Source: Skermanella cutis
GTDB taxonomy: Bacteria > Pseudomonadota > Alphaproteobacteria > Azospirillales > Azospirillaceae
Reading direction: 5' to 3'
DNA: 24,000 nucleotides
NCBI RefSeq assembly: GCF_016653635.2
Contig: NZ_CP067420.1
Span: 936,594-960,593, forward strand
Translations under genes and position numbers: made by a program
Notes under the pieces: model-generated
What the model was told of the DNA's origin: nothing
The model's input: the letters and a program-made list of their open reading frames with translations, nothing else
The model's database searches: none
Shown here: one piece after another, positions 15,436-23,645 of the stretch
How positions within the stretch are numbered: position 1 is the stretch's first letter
Layout: each line of letters starts with the position of its first letter

Positions 15436-17649
15436 TCAGCCGGCCAGCCTGGCCTTCAGCTCGCGCCGGCGCCGGTGCAGGACCGGCTCGGTGTAGCCGT
15501 TGGGCTGCTCGCGGCCCTTCAGGACGAGGTCGAGGGCGGCCTGGAACGCGATGCTGCCGTCGAAGTCGTCGGCCATCGGGCGGTAATCCGGATCGCCGGC
15601 GTTCTGCCGGTCGACGACCGCGGCCATCCGCCTCATCGTCTCGATCACCTGTTCTTCCGAGCAGATGCCGTGGCGCAGCCAGTTGGCGATGTGCTGGCTG
15701 GAGATGCGGAGCGTCGCGCGGTCCTCCATCAGGCCGACATTGTTGATGTCGGGCACCTTGGAGCAGCCGACGCCCTGGTCGATCCAGCGGACCACGTAGC
15801 CCAGGATACCCTGCGCGTTGTTGTCCAGTTCCTGCTGGATCGCTTCCGCCGTCCAGTTCGGCCGCTCGACCAGCGGGATGGTCAGGATCTCGTCCACCTT
15901 GGCCCGCTTCTTCCCGGCAAGCTCGGCCTGGCGGGCGGCCACGTCGACCTTGTGGTAGTGCAGCGCATGGAGCGTCGCGGCGGTGGGCGAGGGGACCCAG
16001 GCGGTGTTGGCGCCGGCCTGCGGGTGGCCGATCTTGGTGGCCAGCATCTCGGCCATGCGATCGGGCATCGCCCACATGCCCTTGCCGATCTGCGCCTTGC
16101 CCTTCAGCCCGACGGCAAGGCCGGTATCGACGTTCCAGTCCTCGTAGGCCTTGATCCAGTTGGCGCCCTTCATGTCGCCCTTGCGCAGCACGGCGCCGGC
16201 TTCCATGCAGGTGTGGATCTCGTCGCCGGTGCGGTCCAGGAACCCGGTGTTGATGAAGGCGACGCGGTGCCTGGCGGCGCGGATGCACTCCTTGAGGTTC
16301 ACCGTGGTGCGGCGCTCCTCGTCCATGATGCCCATCTTGATCGTGTATTGCGGCAGGCCCAGGGCTTCCTCGACCCGGCCGAACAGCTCGTCGGCGAAGG
16401 CCACTTCCTCCGGCCCGTGCATCTTGGGCTTCACGATGTAGAGCGAGCCGGCGCGGCTGTTGCGGAGGTCCCCTTCGCCCTTCTTCAGATCGTGCATCGC
16501 GATCAGCGTCGTGAACACGGCGTCCAGGATGCCTTCCGGCGCCTCGCCGCCGTCGCTGAGCTTGACCGCGTCGATCGTCATCAGGTGGCCGACGTTGCGC
16601 ACCAGCATCAGGCTGCGGCCGGGCAGGGTCAGGGTGCCGCCATCGGGCTTGGCATAGGTGCGGTCCGGGTTCAGCCGGCGCTCGATCCGCTTGCCGCCCT
16701 TCTCCAGGGTGGCGGTGAGCTTGCCGGTCATCAGGCCGAGCCAGTTGCGGTAGACGGTGACCTTGTCCTCCGCATCGACCGCGGCGACCGAGTCCTCGCA
16801 GTCCATGATGGTGGTCAGCGCGGATTCCGCGACGACATCGGCGATGCCGGCCGGGTCGTCCTTGCCGATGAAGTGCTGGCGGTCGAACCGGATCTCCAAG
16901 TGCAGGCCGTGGTTGGCCAGCAGCACGGCGGACGGGGACTCCGCGTCGCCCTGGTATCCCGCGAACCGCGCCGGGTCCTTCAGGCCGGTGGTGCTGCCGC
17001 CCTTGAGCGTGACGGCCAGCTTGCCGCCCTCGACGGCATAGCCGGCGGCATCGGCGTGGGAGCCTTCGGCGAGCGGGGCCGCCTCGTCCAGCACCTGGCG
17101 CGCGAAGGCGATCACCTTGGCGCCGCGATGCGGATCATAGCCGCCGACCGGCGTCTTCTCGTCGTCGGAAGGGATGGCGTCGGTGCCGTAGAGCGCGTCG
17201 TACAGGCTGCCCCAGCGGGCGTTCGCCGCGTTCAGCGCGTAGCGGGCGTTCATGACCGGTACGACCAGCTGCGGGCCGGCGATCGTCGAGATCTCGGGAT
17301 CGACGTCGGCGGTCGCGGCGGAGAAGTCCTCGCCCTCCGGCAGCAGGTAGCCGATCTCGCGCAGGAAGGCCTTGTATTCCTCCAGGTCGATCGGACGGCC
17401 GCGGTGCTCGCCGTACCAGGCGTCGATCCTGGCCTGCAGCTCGTCGCGCTTGGCCAGGAGCGCGCGATTCCGGGGAGTCAGGTCGTGCAGGATGGAATCC
17501 AGCGCGGTCCACAGCTGGCTGGGCTCCACACCGGTTCCGGGCAGCGCTTCCGTCTCGATGAACTCGTGAAGCTCGGCGGCGACCCGCAGTCCGCCGATCT
17601 GGATCCATTCACTCAAAACCCCATCCTCCTGTATTTCGTTCGTATTCAT
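15436..17649 (-). CDS. glcB: Malate synthase G
   Basis: The 737-aa length and end-to-end sequence pattern are typical of MSG, for example [36 protein letters not shown] and [16 protein letters not shown]. Confidence 0.95.
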   Translation of the reverse strand: MNTNEIQEDGVLSEWIQIGGLRVAAELHEFIETEALPGTGVEPSQLWTALDSILHDLTPRNRALLAKRDELQARIDAWYGEHRGRPIDLEEYKAFLREIGYLLPEGEDFSAATADVDPEISTIAGPQLVVPVMNARYALNAANARWGSLYDALYGTDAIPSDDEKTPVGGYDPHRGAKVIAFARQVLDEAAPLAEGSHADAAGYAVEGGKLAVTLKGGSTTGLKDPARFAGYQGDAESPSAVLLANHGLHLEIRFDRQHFIGKDDPAGIADVVAESALTTIMDCEDSVAAVDAEDKVTVYRNWLGLMTGKLTATLEKGGKRIERRLNPDRTYAKPDGGTLTLPGRSLMLVRNVGHLMTIDAVKLSDGGEAPEGILDAVFTTLIAMHDLKKGEGDLRNSRAGSLYIVKPKMHGPEEVAFADELFGRVEEALGLPQYTIKMGIMDEERRTTVNLKECIRAARHRVAFINTGFLDRTGDEIHTCMEAGAVLRKGDMKGANWIKAYEDWNVDTGLAVGLKGKAQIGKGMWAMPDRMAEMLATKIGHPQAGANTAWVPSPTAATLHALHYHKVDVAARQAELAGKKRAKVDEILTIPLVERPNWTAEAIQQELDNNAQGILGYVVRWIDQGVGCSKVPDINNVGLMEDRATLRISSQHIANWLRHGICSEEQVIETMRRMAAVVDRQNAGDPDYRPMADDFDGSIAFQAALDLVLKGREQPNGYTEPVLHRRRRELKARLAG

Positions 17650-17700
17650 GCCAACCCGTCCGGCACGCCGCCGGAGCGCATGCCTCGTATATAGTCAGGC

Positions 17701-17712
17701 CAAACGTGTTTG
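17701..17712. promoter_or_regulatory. Inverted repeat CAAAC-GT-GTTTG inside a candidate glcB promoter (TGCACA-N17-TATATA on the minus strand)
   Basis: Read directly. The arms are exact reverse complements. The site lies in the spacer of the only sigma70-like hexamer pair upstream of glcB, about 50 nt from the ATG. Confidence 0.3.
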
Positions 17713-17879
17713 TGCACCGCATCAACGCCAGAGTCAAAAATGCCGTCGGCATGGCTGCCGTTCCGCGGGTTGCGGCGGGAGTTGCGGCGCGGGCGGGCCG
17801 GGGTCTATAGCTGCCGGCGCGGGAGGCCGGCGTTGCAAGTCCGGAACTGCTGCCCCACATCATCGCCACCGCCGCAGCT

Positions 17880-17901
17880 CCCCGGGATCCCGATCCCGGG
17901 G
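17880..17901 (+). promoter_or_regulatory. 9-bp-stem hairpin CCCCGGGAT-cccg-ATCCCGGGG in the leader of the DUF2780 gene
   Basis: Perfect inverted repeat 38 nt upstream of the ATG at 17939. Its function is unknown. Confidence 0.25.
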
Positions 17902-17938
17902 CTGCGAAGCTCGAAATCACGTACGGAGACGAGAGACC

Positions 17939-18457
17939 ATGCGGCAATTCCTTTCCTCGCGGGTCCTGGTGCTCGCTTCCGCCCTGATGCTGGCCGTGGC
18001 GGCCGGCATGCCCTGCGCCGCCGACGCGGCCGACGCCGGAGGGCTGGTCAACGCGCTGACGTCGCAGCTCGGCGTCACCAAGCCTCAGGCGGAGGGAGGC
18101 GCCGGCGCTCTGTTCAACCTCGCCAAGCAGCGGATGAGCCCGGATCAGTTCGGGCAGGTCGAGAACCAGGTGCCCGGCATCGGCGGACTGATGAGCGCCG
18201 CTCCCGGCGCGTCGTCGGGCCGGGCCGGCGCATCCGGCGGCGGGGGGCTGTCCGGCATGGCGTCCGACGCGCTCGGCGGGATGGCGGGCGGAAGCGGCGG
18301 CGGTCTCGGAGCCCTCGCCCCGCTGGCAGGCTCCTTCTCGTCCCTCGGCCTGTCGCCGGACATGGCCTCCAAGTTCCTGCCGGTGGTCCTGGACTACCTC
18401 AACTCCAGCGGCGGGGGCGGCGCCGCCGGCCTGCTCAAGGGCGCGCTGACGGGCTGA
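17939..18457 (+). CDS. DUF2780 family exported protein (Gly-rich)
   Basis: This is the internal ATG of ORF 17648..18457. It has a signal peptide (MRQFLSSRVLVLASALMLAVAAGMPCAA). LVNALTSQLGVTKPQAEGGAGALFNLAKQRMSPDQF and the C-terminal LGLSPDMASKFLPVVLDYL match the DUF2780 pattern. Confidence 0.7.
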   Translation: MRQFLSSRVLVLASALMLAVAAGMPCAADAADAGGLVNALTSQLGVTKPQAEGGAGALFNLAKQRMSPDQFGQVENQVPGIGGLMSAAPGASSGRAGASGGGGLSGMASDALGGMAGGSGGGLGALAPLAGSFSSLGLSPDMASKFLPVVLDYLNSSGGGGAAGLLKGALTG

Positions 18458-18493
18458 CGGTCCGCAGGCCAGCGCAGGGGGGCGCCCGATCAC

Positions 18494-19003
18494 ATGCTTG
18501 CGGTCCTCGCCGACTACGGCGCCTTCGCCCACGATCTGGTGCCGGCCTCGGCGCTTCCGGACGCGTTCCGCGCGTTGCTGGACCATGGGAAATCCATGAC
18601 CGCGGTGCTGACCGACCATTGGCGGGCCGAGATCGTCGCCGAAGTCGCCTGCCACACCCTGGCCGGAGGGACGGCGGCCCTCGTCCGCCGGGTCGTCCTG
18701 ATGACGGAGCCGGCCCGCCTGCCGGTCGAGATCGCGGAGATCCGGGTGGAGCCCGGGGCGTTCGACGGCGCGCTCCTGCGGCGGCTCGCCGGGACGTCGG
18801 TCCCTTTCGGCAGATCGCTTCAGCGGGAGGGGATCGCCTTCGCCACCGAGCCCGTCGCCTTCTTCAAGGTGACCGCGGCCGGATCCCTGGCCGAGGCCGG
18901 ACGGGTGGAGGAGGGCACCGTCCTGTTCGGTCGGAAGGCCAGGCTTCTCGGCCGTGACGGCAGGCTGCTGGCCGAGACCGTGGAGATACTGCCGCGGGCC
19001 TGA
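18494..19003 (+). CDS. Chorismate lyase-like (UbiC/DUF98, UTRA-fold) protein
   Basis: LLDHGKSMTAVLTDH resembles the UbiC LLEDSMTKRFE segment. The C-terminal FGRKARLLGRDGRLLAETVEILP resembles the UbiC WGRRSRL..GKPLLLTELFLP. The similarity is weak and judged by eye only. Confidence 0.5.
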   Translation: MLAVLADYGAFAHDLVPASALPDAFRALLDHGKSMTAVLTDHWRAEIVAEVACHTLAGGTAALVRRVVLMTEPARLPVEIAEIRVEPGAFDGALLRRLAGTSVPFGRSLQREGIAFATEPVAFFKVTAAGSLAEAGRVEEGTVLFGRKARLLGRDGRLLAETVEILPRA

Positions 19004-19010
19004 GCCGGGC

Positions 19011-19631
19011 TCAGCGCAGCGCTCCGATCAGGCGGGCGACCTCCGCGGCGCGGGTCCGCCACAGCGTCGAGCCGGTCTCCATCTCGTCGCGGGCCGAACC
19101 GGCCTGCGCCATGACGACGGTCTTGCACGCCGGAAACCGGGCGGCCAGGGCTGGCGAGGCCGTGATGATCAGGTCGGCCCGCCGGGCCAGCTCGATTTCC
19201 AGCTGTTCCAGCGGGCAATGGGCGACCCCGTCGTGCCGCGCGAAATCCGTGTCGCAATGATAGACCACGGCATGTTCGTCCAGTTCGCCGACCGCGTCGA
19301 TCGCCGTCGGCCGCGACGTCAGCAGGATCGGCCGGCGCAGGCCCAGCGCCGCCATGGCGGTGCGGATCTGGTGGCCCAGCAACTGCTGGTTTGCCGCCCT
19401 CGCGGCGGGGTCGGTCGGAAGGGGCAGCGTCAGCGGCGCGAGGATCCTGTCCGGCCGGTAGCCGTCCCCGGGAGACGCGACCTTCAGGCGGGGGCAGGCG
19501 GAGCAGCAGCCGACGGTCGGTGAATTGACCCAGACCACCTTGCGTCCGGCGCCGAGATGGCGGACCAGATGATAGGTGCCGCTCGACGGCCAACCCCAGT
19601 TTTCCCCGAAGACGACAAGATCTATGCTCAT
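19011..19631 (-). CDS. Glycosyltransferase (GT4-like) N-terminal-domain protein, apparently lacking the C-terminal catalytic Rossmann half; possible gene remnant
   Basis: I chose the ATG at 19631 (MSIDLVVFGENWGW...). The pattern ...VVYHCDTDFARHDG...LEIELARRADLIITASPALAARF is typical of the first half of GT4 enzymes. The protein ends after only about 206 aa. Confidence 0.5.
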   Translation of the reverse strand: MSIDLVVFGENWGWPSSGTYHLVRHLGAGRKVVWVNSPTVGCCSACPRLKVASPGDGYRPDRILAPLTLPLPTDPAARAANQQLLGHQIRTAMAALGLRRPILLTSRPTAIDAVGELDEHAVVYHCDTDFARHDGVAHCPLEQLEIELARRADLIITASPALAARFPACKTVVMAQAGSARDEMETGSTLWRTRAAEVARLIGALR

Positions 19632-19743
19632 GTCGCTGTGCTCCCAGTGAGTGCTATGCTTGCCAGCTACCGATTGCACGGATCGTGCCGTTCGGCCTAA
19701 TACGGGAGGAGCATGGATTCCGCGGATGGAGCGGGGTTCCGTT

Positions 19744-19756
19744 TTGCGATTCGCAA
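19744..19756. promoter_or_regulatory. Inverted repeat TTGCGA-T-TCGCAA upstream of the DASS permease gene, next to a TTGACG hexamer
   Basis: Read directly. It lies about 235 nt upstream of the ATG at 19991. TGCGA words recur at 19806-19834. Confidence 0.25.
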
Positions 19757-19990
19757 TTCAGATTGCTTGACGGGCCGGCGGCTTTCACAATTTTTCGTCG
19801 GACGTGCGAATTGCCATTCGGAATGCGACGCCGCCGGTCGTCCGTCCGCCGGAACGGAGGGGCCGCGGCGGAACAGCACGGGGACAGGCGTGTTCCTGCC
19901 CGGCCGGTTCCGGGACATGTATCCTGCATTGCCATGCGGACATGCGCCGGCAACCTTCGATATCAGTACCTTCCCTTGGACGAACCTTTC

Positions 19991-21766
19991 ATGTCATTCA
20001 GCCAGGCAGCCGCCTTCTCCATCGTCATCGGCATGGTCGTCCTGTTCATCTGGGACCGGATCCGCTACGACGTGGTGGCGCTCGGCGCCTTGCTGGCCGC
20101 GGTGGCCTGCGGGATCGTCCCGGTAGACAAGGCGTTCAGCGGATTCAGCGACGACATCGTGATCATCGTGGCGTCGGCCCTGGTGGTCAGCGCCGCGGTC
20201 GGCCGGTCCGGCATCGTCGAACTGATGCTCCAGCCCTTCGTCAGGCACATGAAGACGACCAATTCCCAGGTCGCGATCCTGGTGTCGATCGTGACGGTGC
20301 TGTCCGGCTTCATGAAGAACATCGGCGCGCTGGCGATCTTCATGCCGATCGCCTTCCAGATCTCGCGGCGGACCGGCAAGCCGGCGTCGCGCCTGCTGAT
20401 GCCGCTGTCCTTCGGGTCGCTGCTGGGCGGCGTCGCGACCCTGGTCGGGACATCGCCCAACATCATCGTGTCGCGCATGCGCGAGGACATCGTGGGCGAG
20501 CCGTTCCGCATGTTCGACTTCGCCCCGGTCGGCGCCGGCCTCGCGGCGGCCGGCGTGCTCTTCCTGGTGTTCGGCTGGCGCCTGCTGCCGCGCAAGCGCG
20601 GGCGCGGCCCCGGCGACCAGATGTTCTCGATCGAGAACTACACCACGGAGGTCCGCCTCACGCCCGGCTCGCCGCTGGTCGGCAAGACCGTCTTCGACCT
20701 GGAGAGCATGGCGGAGGCCGACATCACGGTCTCCGGCATCATCCGCGAGCAGTACCGGCGCTACGTGCCGTCCGGCACCTGGACCCTGTTCGCCGACGAC
20801 ATCCTGGTCCTGGAAGGCGAGACCCACGCGCTGGAGAAGCTCGTGAAGGACGCCAAGCTGGAACTGATCGGCATGAAGAAGGACGGCAAGGTCGCGTCGG
20901 CCCGGCGCGGCGAGGTCGGCATGGTCGAGGCGGTGGTCACCCAGGGTTCCCAGATGATCGGCCGGTCGGCCGAGCAGCTGAGCCTGCGCGAGCGGTTCGG
21001 CGTCAACCTGGTCGCGGTCAGCCGGCGCGGCCGGCAGATCAGCCAGCGCCTGCGCCGGGTCCGCTTCCAGCAGGGCGACCTGCTGGTGCTCCAGGGCGTC
21101 AGGGACGCGATGCCGGAAAGGCTGGCGGCGCTGGGCTGCCTGCCGCTCGCCGAGCGCAACCTCCAGCTCGGCCGCAAGCGCCACGTCTACCTGCCGATCT
21201 CGGTGCTGGCGGTCGCCATGGTGCTGGTGGCGATCCAGGCGGTGAGCGTCACCATCGCCTTCTTCGGGGCGGCGGTCGTGCTGCTCCTCGCCCGGGTCCT
21301 GACCCCGCAGGAAGCGTACGAAGTGGTCGACTGGCCGATCCTGATCCTGCTCGGCGCGCTGATCCCGGTCAGCGACGCGCTGCGCACCACCGGCGGCACC
21401 GACCTGATCGCGGGATGGCTGTCGGGCGCCGCCGCGGCGCTGCCGCCCGTCGGCGCGCTCGGGCTGATCCTGACGGTCGCGATGGCGGTGACGCCGTTCC
21501 TCAACAATGCCGCGACGGTCCTGGTCATGGCGCCGATCGGGGCGGGCCTGGCGCAGCGGCTGGGGCTCAGCCCCGATCCGTTCCTGATGGCGGTTGCGGT
21601 GGGCGCGGCGTGCGATTTCCTCACCCCGATCGGCCATCAATGCAACACGCTGGTGATGGGGCCCGGGGGGTATCGCTTCGGGGATTACTGGCGGCTCGGC
21701 CTGCCGCTGTCGGTCCTGGTGGTCGTGCTCGGCACGTTCCTGATCAGCGTCTTCTGGCCGATGTGA
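19991..21766 (+). CDS. SLC13/DASS-family anion permease with two central TrkA-C (RCK-C) domains
   Basis: This is the internal ATG of ORF 19685..21766 (MSFSQAAAFSIVIG...). It has multiple TM helices at both ends and conserved GTSPN and NNAATVLVM hairpin-like motifs. The central soluble part holds two repeats of the TrkA-C pattern (..GSPLVGKTV.DL... and ..GSQMIGRSAEQLSLRERFGVNLVAV.R). Confidence 0.9.
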   Translation: MSFSQAAAFSIVIGMVVLFIWDRIRYDVVALGALLAAVACGIVPVDKAFSGFSDDIVIIVASALVVSAAVGRSGIVELMLQPFVRHMKTTNSQVAILVSIVTVLSGFMKNIGALAIFMPIAFQISRRTGKPASRLLMPLSFGSLLGGVATLVGTSPNIIVSRMREDIVGEPFRMFDFAPVGAGLAAAGVLFLVFGWRLLPRKRGRGPGDQMFSIENYTTEVRLTPGSPLVGKTVFDLESMAEADITVSGIIREQYRRYVPSGTWTLFADDILVLEGETHALEKLVKDAKLELIGMKKDGKVASARRGEVGMVEAVVTQGSQMIGRSAEQLSLRERFGVNLVAVSRRGRQISQRLRRVRFQQGDLLVLQGVRDAMPERLAALGCLPLAERNLQLGRKRHVYLPISVLAVAMVLVAIQAVSVTIAFFGAAVVLLLARVLTPQEAYEVVDWPILILLGALIPVSDALRTTGGTDLIAGWLSGAAAALPPVGALGLILTVAMAVTPFLNNAATVLVMAPIGAGLAQRLGLSPDPFLMAVAVGAACDFLTPIGHQCNTLVMGPGGYRFGDYWRLGLPLSVLVVVLGTFLISVFWPM

Positions 21767-21790
21767 AGGTCCGGACCGGCCTGGAAATGA

Positions 21791-21838
21791 AAGCGGCCCC
21801 GGGAGCCCGGCGATAACGCCGGACCCCCGGGGCCGCTT
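21791..21838. terminator. Bidirectional intrinsic terminator between the convergent permease and csp genes
   Basis: It has a 13-bp perfect outer stem (AAGCGGCCCCGGG / CCCGGGGCCGCTT). A nested inner hairpin is also present (CCGGCG-ataa-CGCCGG). T-containing tracts follow on both strands. Confidence 0.6.
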
Positions 21839-21880
21839 CCGCTTACTTGATCGATCCGCTTTTCCGGTCGCGGGTCCTGG

Positions 21881-22090
21881 TCAGACCCGCTTCAGGTTGA
21901 CGGCCGAGGTCTTCCCTTTGCGGGGGTCGTTCTCGAGATCGAAGCTGACGGTGTCACCGTCGTTGAGGCCGCTCATGCCAGAGCGCTCGACGGCGGAGAT
22001 GTGGACGAAGACGTCGGGCCCACCCTGATCGGGCTGGATGAAGCCATACCCTTTCGTGGCATTGAACCATTTGACGGTACCAGTCGGCAT
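21881..22090 (-). CDS. cspA: Cold-shock protein, CspA family
   Basis: The internal ATG at 22090 gives MPTGTVKWFNATKGYGFIQPDQGGPDVFVHISAV.... This contains the RNP1 (KGYGFI) and RNP2 (VFVHIS) motifs in a 69-aa protein. An AGGGAGA Shine-Dalgarno sequence lies upstream. Confidence 0.95.
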   Translation of the reverse strand: MPTGTVKWFNATKGYGFIQPDQGGPDVFVHISAVERSGMSGLNDGDTVSFDLENDPRKGKTSAVNLKRV

Positions 22091-22325
22091 TTTCTTGGTC
22101 TCCCTGACCGTATTATCAACCCTCCCAACCCTGTCTCGCCTTACGGCCTGTTGCAAGCCGCAAATGTCACGAATGGCGCGCGCGACAGTGGTATGCCTTC
22201 TCGCCAATCTTTTTTGCATCTCTACCGTGCACGCGTGACGTTCCGTCTCGCCGGATGTTCTGTCAGGTCTAGGGGTCGCGACTGCAGATCCGGAACATTC
22301 ATCCGAAGCACCAGGAAAACATCAG

Positions 22326-23264
22326 ATGACAGGACATCGTCCGCTGCGAGAGGGTGTGTACGACACATCCAATGGAACCGCTGCCGGCAGGGGGACCTTC
22401 TCCGATACGGTCGCGGTCCAGCCCGGCCTCTATCGCAGGATTTCATGGGGCGCAGTGCTCGGCGGCACGCTGATGGTGGTGGCGGTCCAGTTGCTGCTCA
22501 GCATGCTGGGCCTGGGACTGGGCCTGACCACGATCGATCCGGCGCAGGGAGCGGCGGGAACCCCGGAAGCGACCACCATGGGCACCACCGCGGCGGTCTG
22601 GTGGGCCGTCAGCTATCTGGTGGCGCTGATCGTCGGCGGCTACGTGGCCGCACGGCTGGCAGGCGCGTTCGAGAAGACCGACGGCGTGCTTCACGGCCTG
22701 CTGACCTGGGCGCTGGCCCTGGTGGTCAGCTTCTGGCTCCTGACCTCCGCGATCGGCAGCGTCATCGGCGGCGCCTTCAACGCGGTCGGCAACGCCGTCT
22801 CGGGCATCTCCAGCACGGTGGCCGACGCGGTTCCGCAGGTGGCCGACGCCAGCGGCCTGTCCGCCGAGCAGATCCAGCAGCGGGTCCAGAACCTGATGCG
22901 GCCGGCCGACCAGACCGGGCAGAGCCCCGAGGCGGCGCAGAACGAACTGGTCTCGCTGGTGCCGCGCATCGTCGCCGGCGGCCAGGACGCCGAGCAGGCC
23001 CAGCAGCGGGCGATCCAGATCGTCAGCCAGCAGGCCGGCATCAGCGAGGACGAGGCGCGTGCCCGCGTCGACCAGCTTCGCCAGCAGGCCGAGCAGACCG
23101 CCCAGCAGGCCGAGCAGACCGCCCGACAGGCGGCGGACACCACCGCCAACGCGCTCAGCCAGGCTTCGCTCTGGGGCTTCGGGGCCCTGCTGCTGGGGGC
23201 GATCGCCGCCGCCATCGGCGGTGCTTCGGGTACCCGCCGCCGCGACGACCTGACCGCGGCGTAA
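22326..23264 (+). CDS. Membrane protein of unknown function with a Gln/Ala-rich helical repeat region
   Basis: Four or five hydrophobic segments are present (WGAVLGGTLMVVAVQLLLSMLGLGLGL, AAVWWAVSYLVALIVGGYVAA, LLTWALALVVSFWLL, and the C-terminal LWGFGALLLGAIAAAIGGA). GC3 is high. A strong terminator lies downstream. Confidence 0.7.
   Translation: MTGHRPLREGVYDTSNGTAAGRGTFSDTVAVQPGLYRRISWGAVLGGTLMVVAVQLLLSMLGLGLGLTTIDPAQGAAGTPEATTMGTTAAVWWAVSYLVALIVGGYVAARLAGAFEKTDGVLHGLLTWALALVVSFWLLTSAIGSVIGGAFNAVGNAVSGISSTVADAVPQVADASGLSAEQIQQRVQNLMRPADQTGQSPEAAQNELVSLVPRIVAGGQDAEQAQQRAIQIVSQQAGISEDEARARVDQLRQQAEQTAQQAEQTARQAADTTANALSQASLWGFGALLLGAIAAAIGGASGTRRRDDLTAA
23081..23122 (+). repeat. Perfect 21-bp tandem duplication (CCAGCAGGCCGAGCAGACCGC x2) inside the membrane protein gene
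   Basis: Read directly. It encodes QQAEQTA twice, in frame. Confidence 0.9.
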
Positions 23265-23286
23265 CGGTTCCGGGTCGGGGCAGGGG

Positions 23287-23317
23287 AACCGGCCGGCCTC
23301 GTCCGGCCGGTTTCTTT
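23287..23317 (+). terminator. Rho-independent terminator of the 22326..23264 gene
   Basis: It has a 10-bp perfect stem (AACCGGCCGG / CCGGCCGGTT) and a 6-nt loop, followed by TCTTT. It lies 23 nt after the stop codon. Confidence 0.7.
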
Positions 23318-23381
23318 GCGTTAACCCTTTTGCGCCATGATGCGGGCTTCCGTTGCCGTAACCGGTTCGAAGGCCCGCATC

Positions 23382-23564
23382 ATGTCCTCCACCCTCTGGA
23401 TGCTCGTCTGCCTATACCTGATCATCGCTGCCGTTTCTGTGATGGAAACCGGCTTCGCGACGAGCCGCCCCGGCCGCGGCGCCTCTTTCGCCATATGCGC
23501 CGTCGCCCTGCTCCATGGACTGGGATGGCCCCTGCGCATGGCCCTCGGCGCGCGCCGCCCCTGA
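23382..23564 (+). CDS. Possible small (60 aa) two-TM membrane protein
   Basis: MSSTLWMLVCLYLIIAAVSVME...ASFAICAVALLHGLGWPL has high GC3. An antisense ORF (23321..23539) shares the wobble positions, so the coding strand is not certain. Confidence 0.3.
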   Translation: MSSTLWMLVCLYLIIAAVSVMETGFATSRPGRGASFAICAVALLHGLGWPLRMALGARRP

Positions 23565-23578
23565 GCGATCGAATCAGT

Positions 23579-23599
23579 TAGTTAACTCATAATTAACTA
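23579..23599. promoter_or_regulatory. AT-rich inverted repeat TAGTTAA-N7-TTAACTA with 11-bp-phased A(G/A)TTAACT direct repeats and a CATAAT hexamer, upstream of the SET-domain gene
   Basis: Read directly. It is an isolated AT-rich patch of about 30 bp (23572-23604) in GC-rich DNA, about 47 nt upstream of the ATG at 23646. Confidence 0.3.
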
Positions 23600-23645
23600 T
23601 AGCTCGCCACCCTGGGCCCTCCTGGCGCTTGATTTCGGGTGGGAG

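Noticed and set aside
14323-17694. ORFs 14323..15393 +, 15344..16288 -, 15475..17694 + and 17135..17608 -
   Set aside because: They are antisense or out-of-frame shadows of the TrxR-like gene and glcB.
17609-19593. ORFs 17609..18655 -, 17710..18957 +, 18820..19593 - and 18954..19523 +
   Set aside because: They give Arg/Gly/Pro-rich shadow translations overlapping the better-supported DUF2780, UbiC-like and GT-like genes.
19685-21816. N-terminal extension of the permease ORF (19685-19990), and ORFs 19804..21816 + and 19994..21640 -
   Set aside because: The extension has a non-protein-like sequence, and the hydrophobic permease begins cleanly at the ATG at 19991. The other two are out-of-frame or antisense shadows.
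22001-23581. 526-aa + ORF and 22691..23215 - ORF overlapping the csp and membrane protein genes
   Set aside because: They give shadow-frame low-complexity (R/G/P) translations. The CspA and TM-protein frames are clearly superior.
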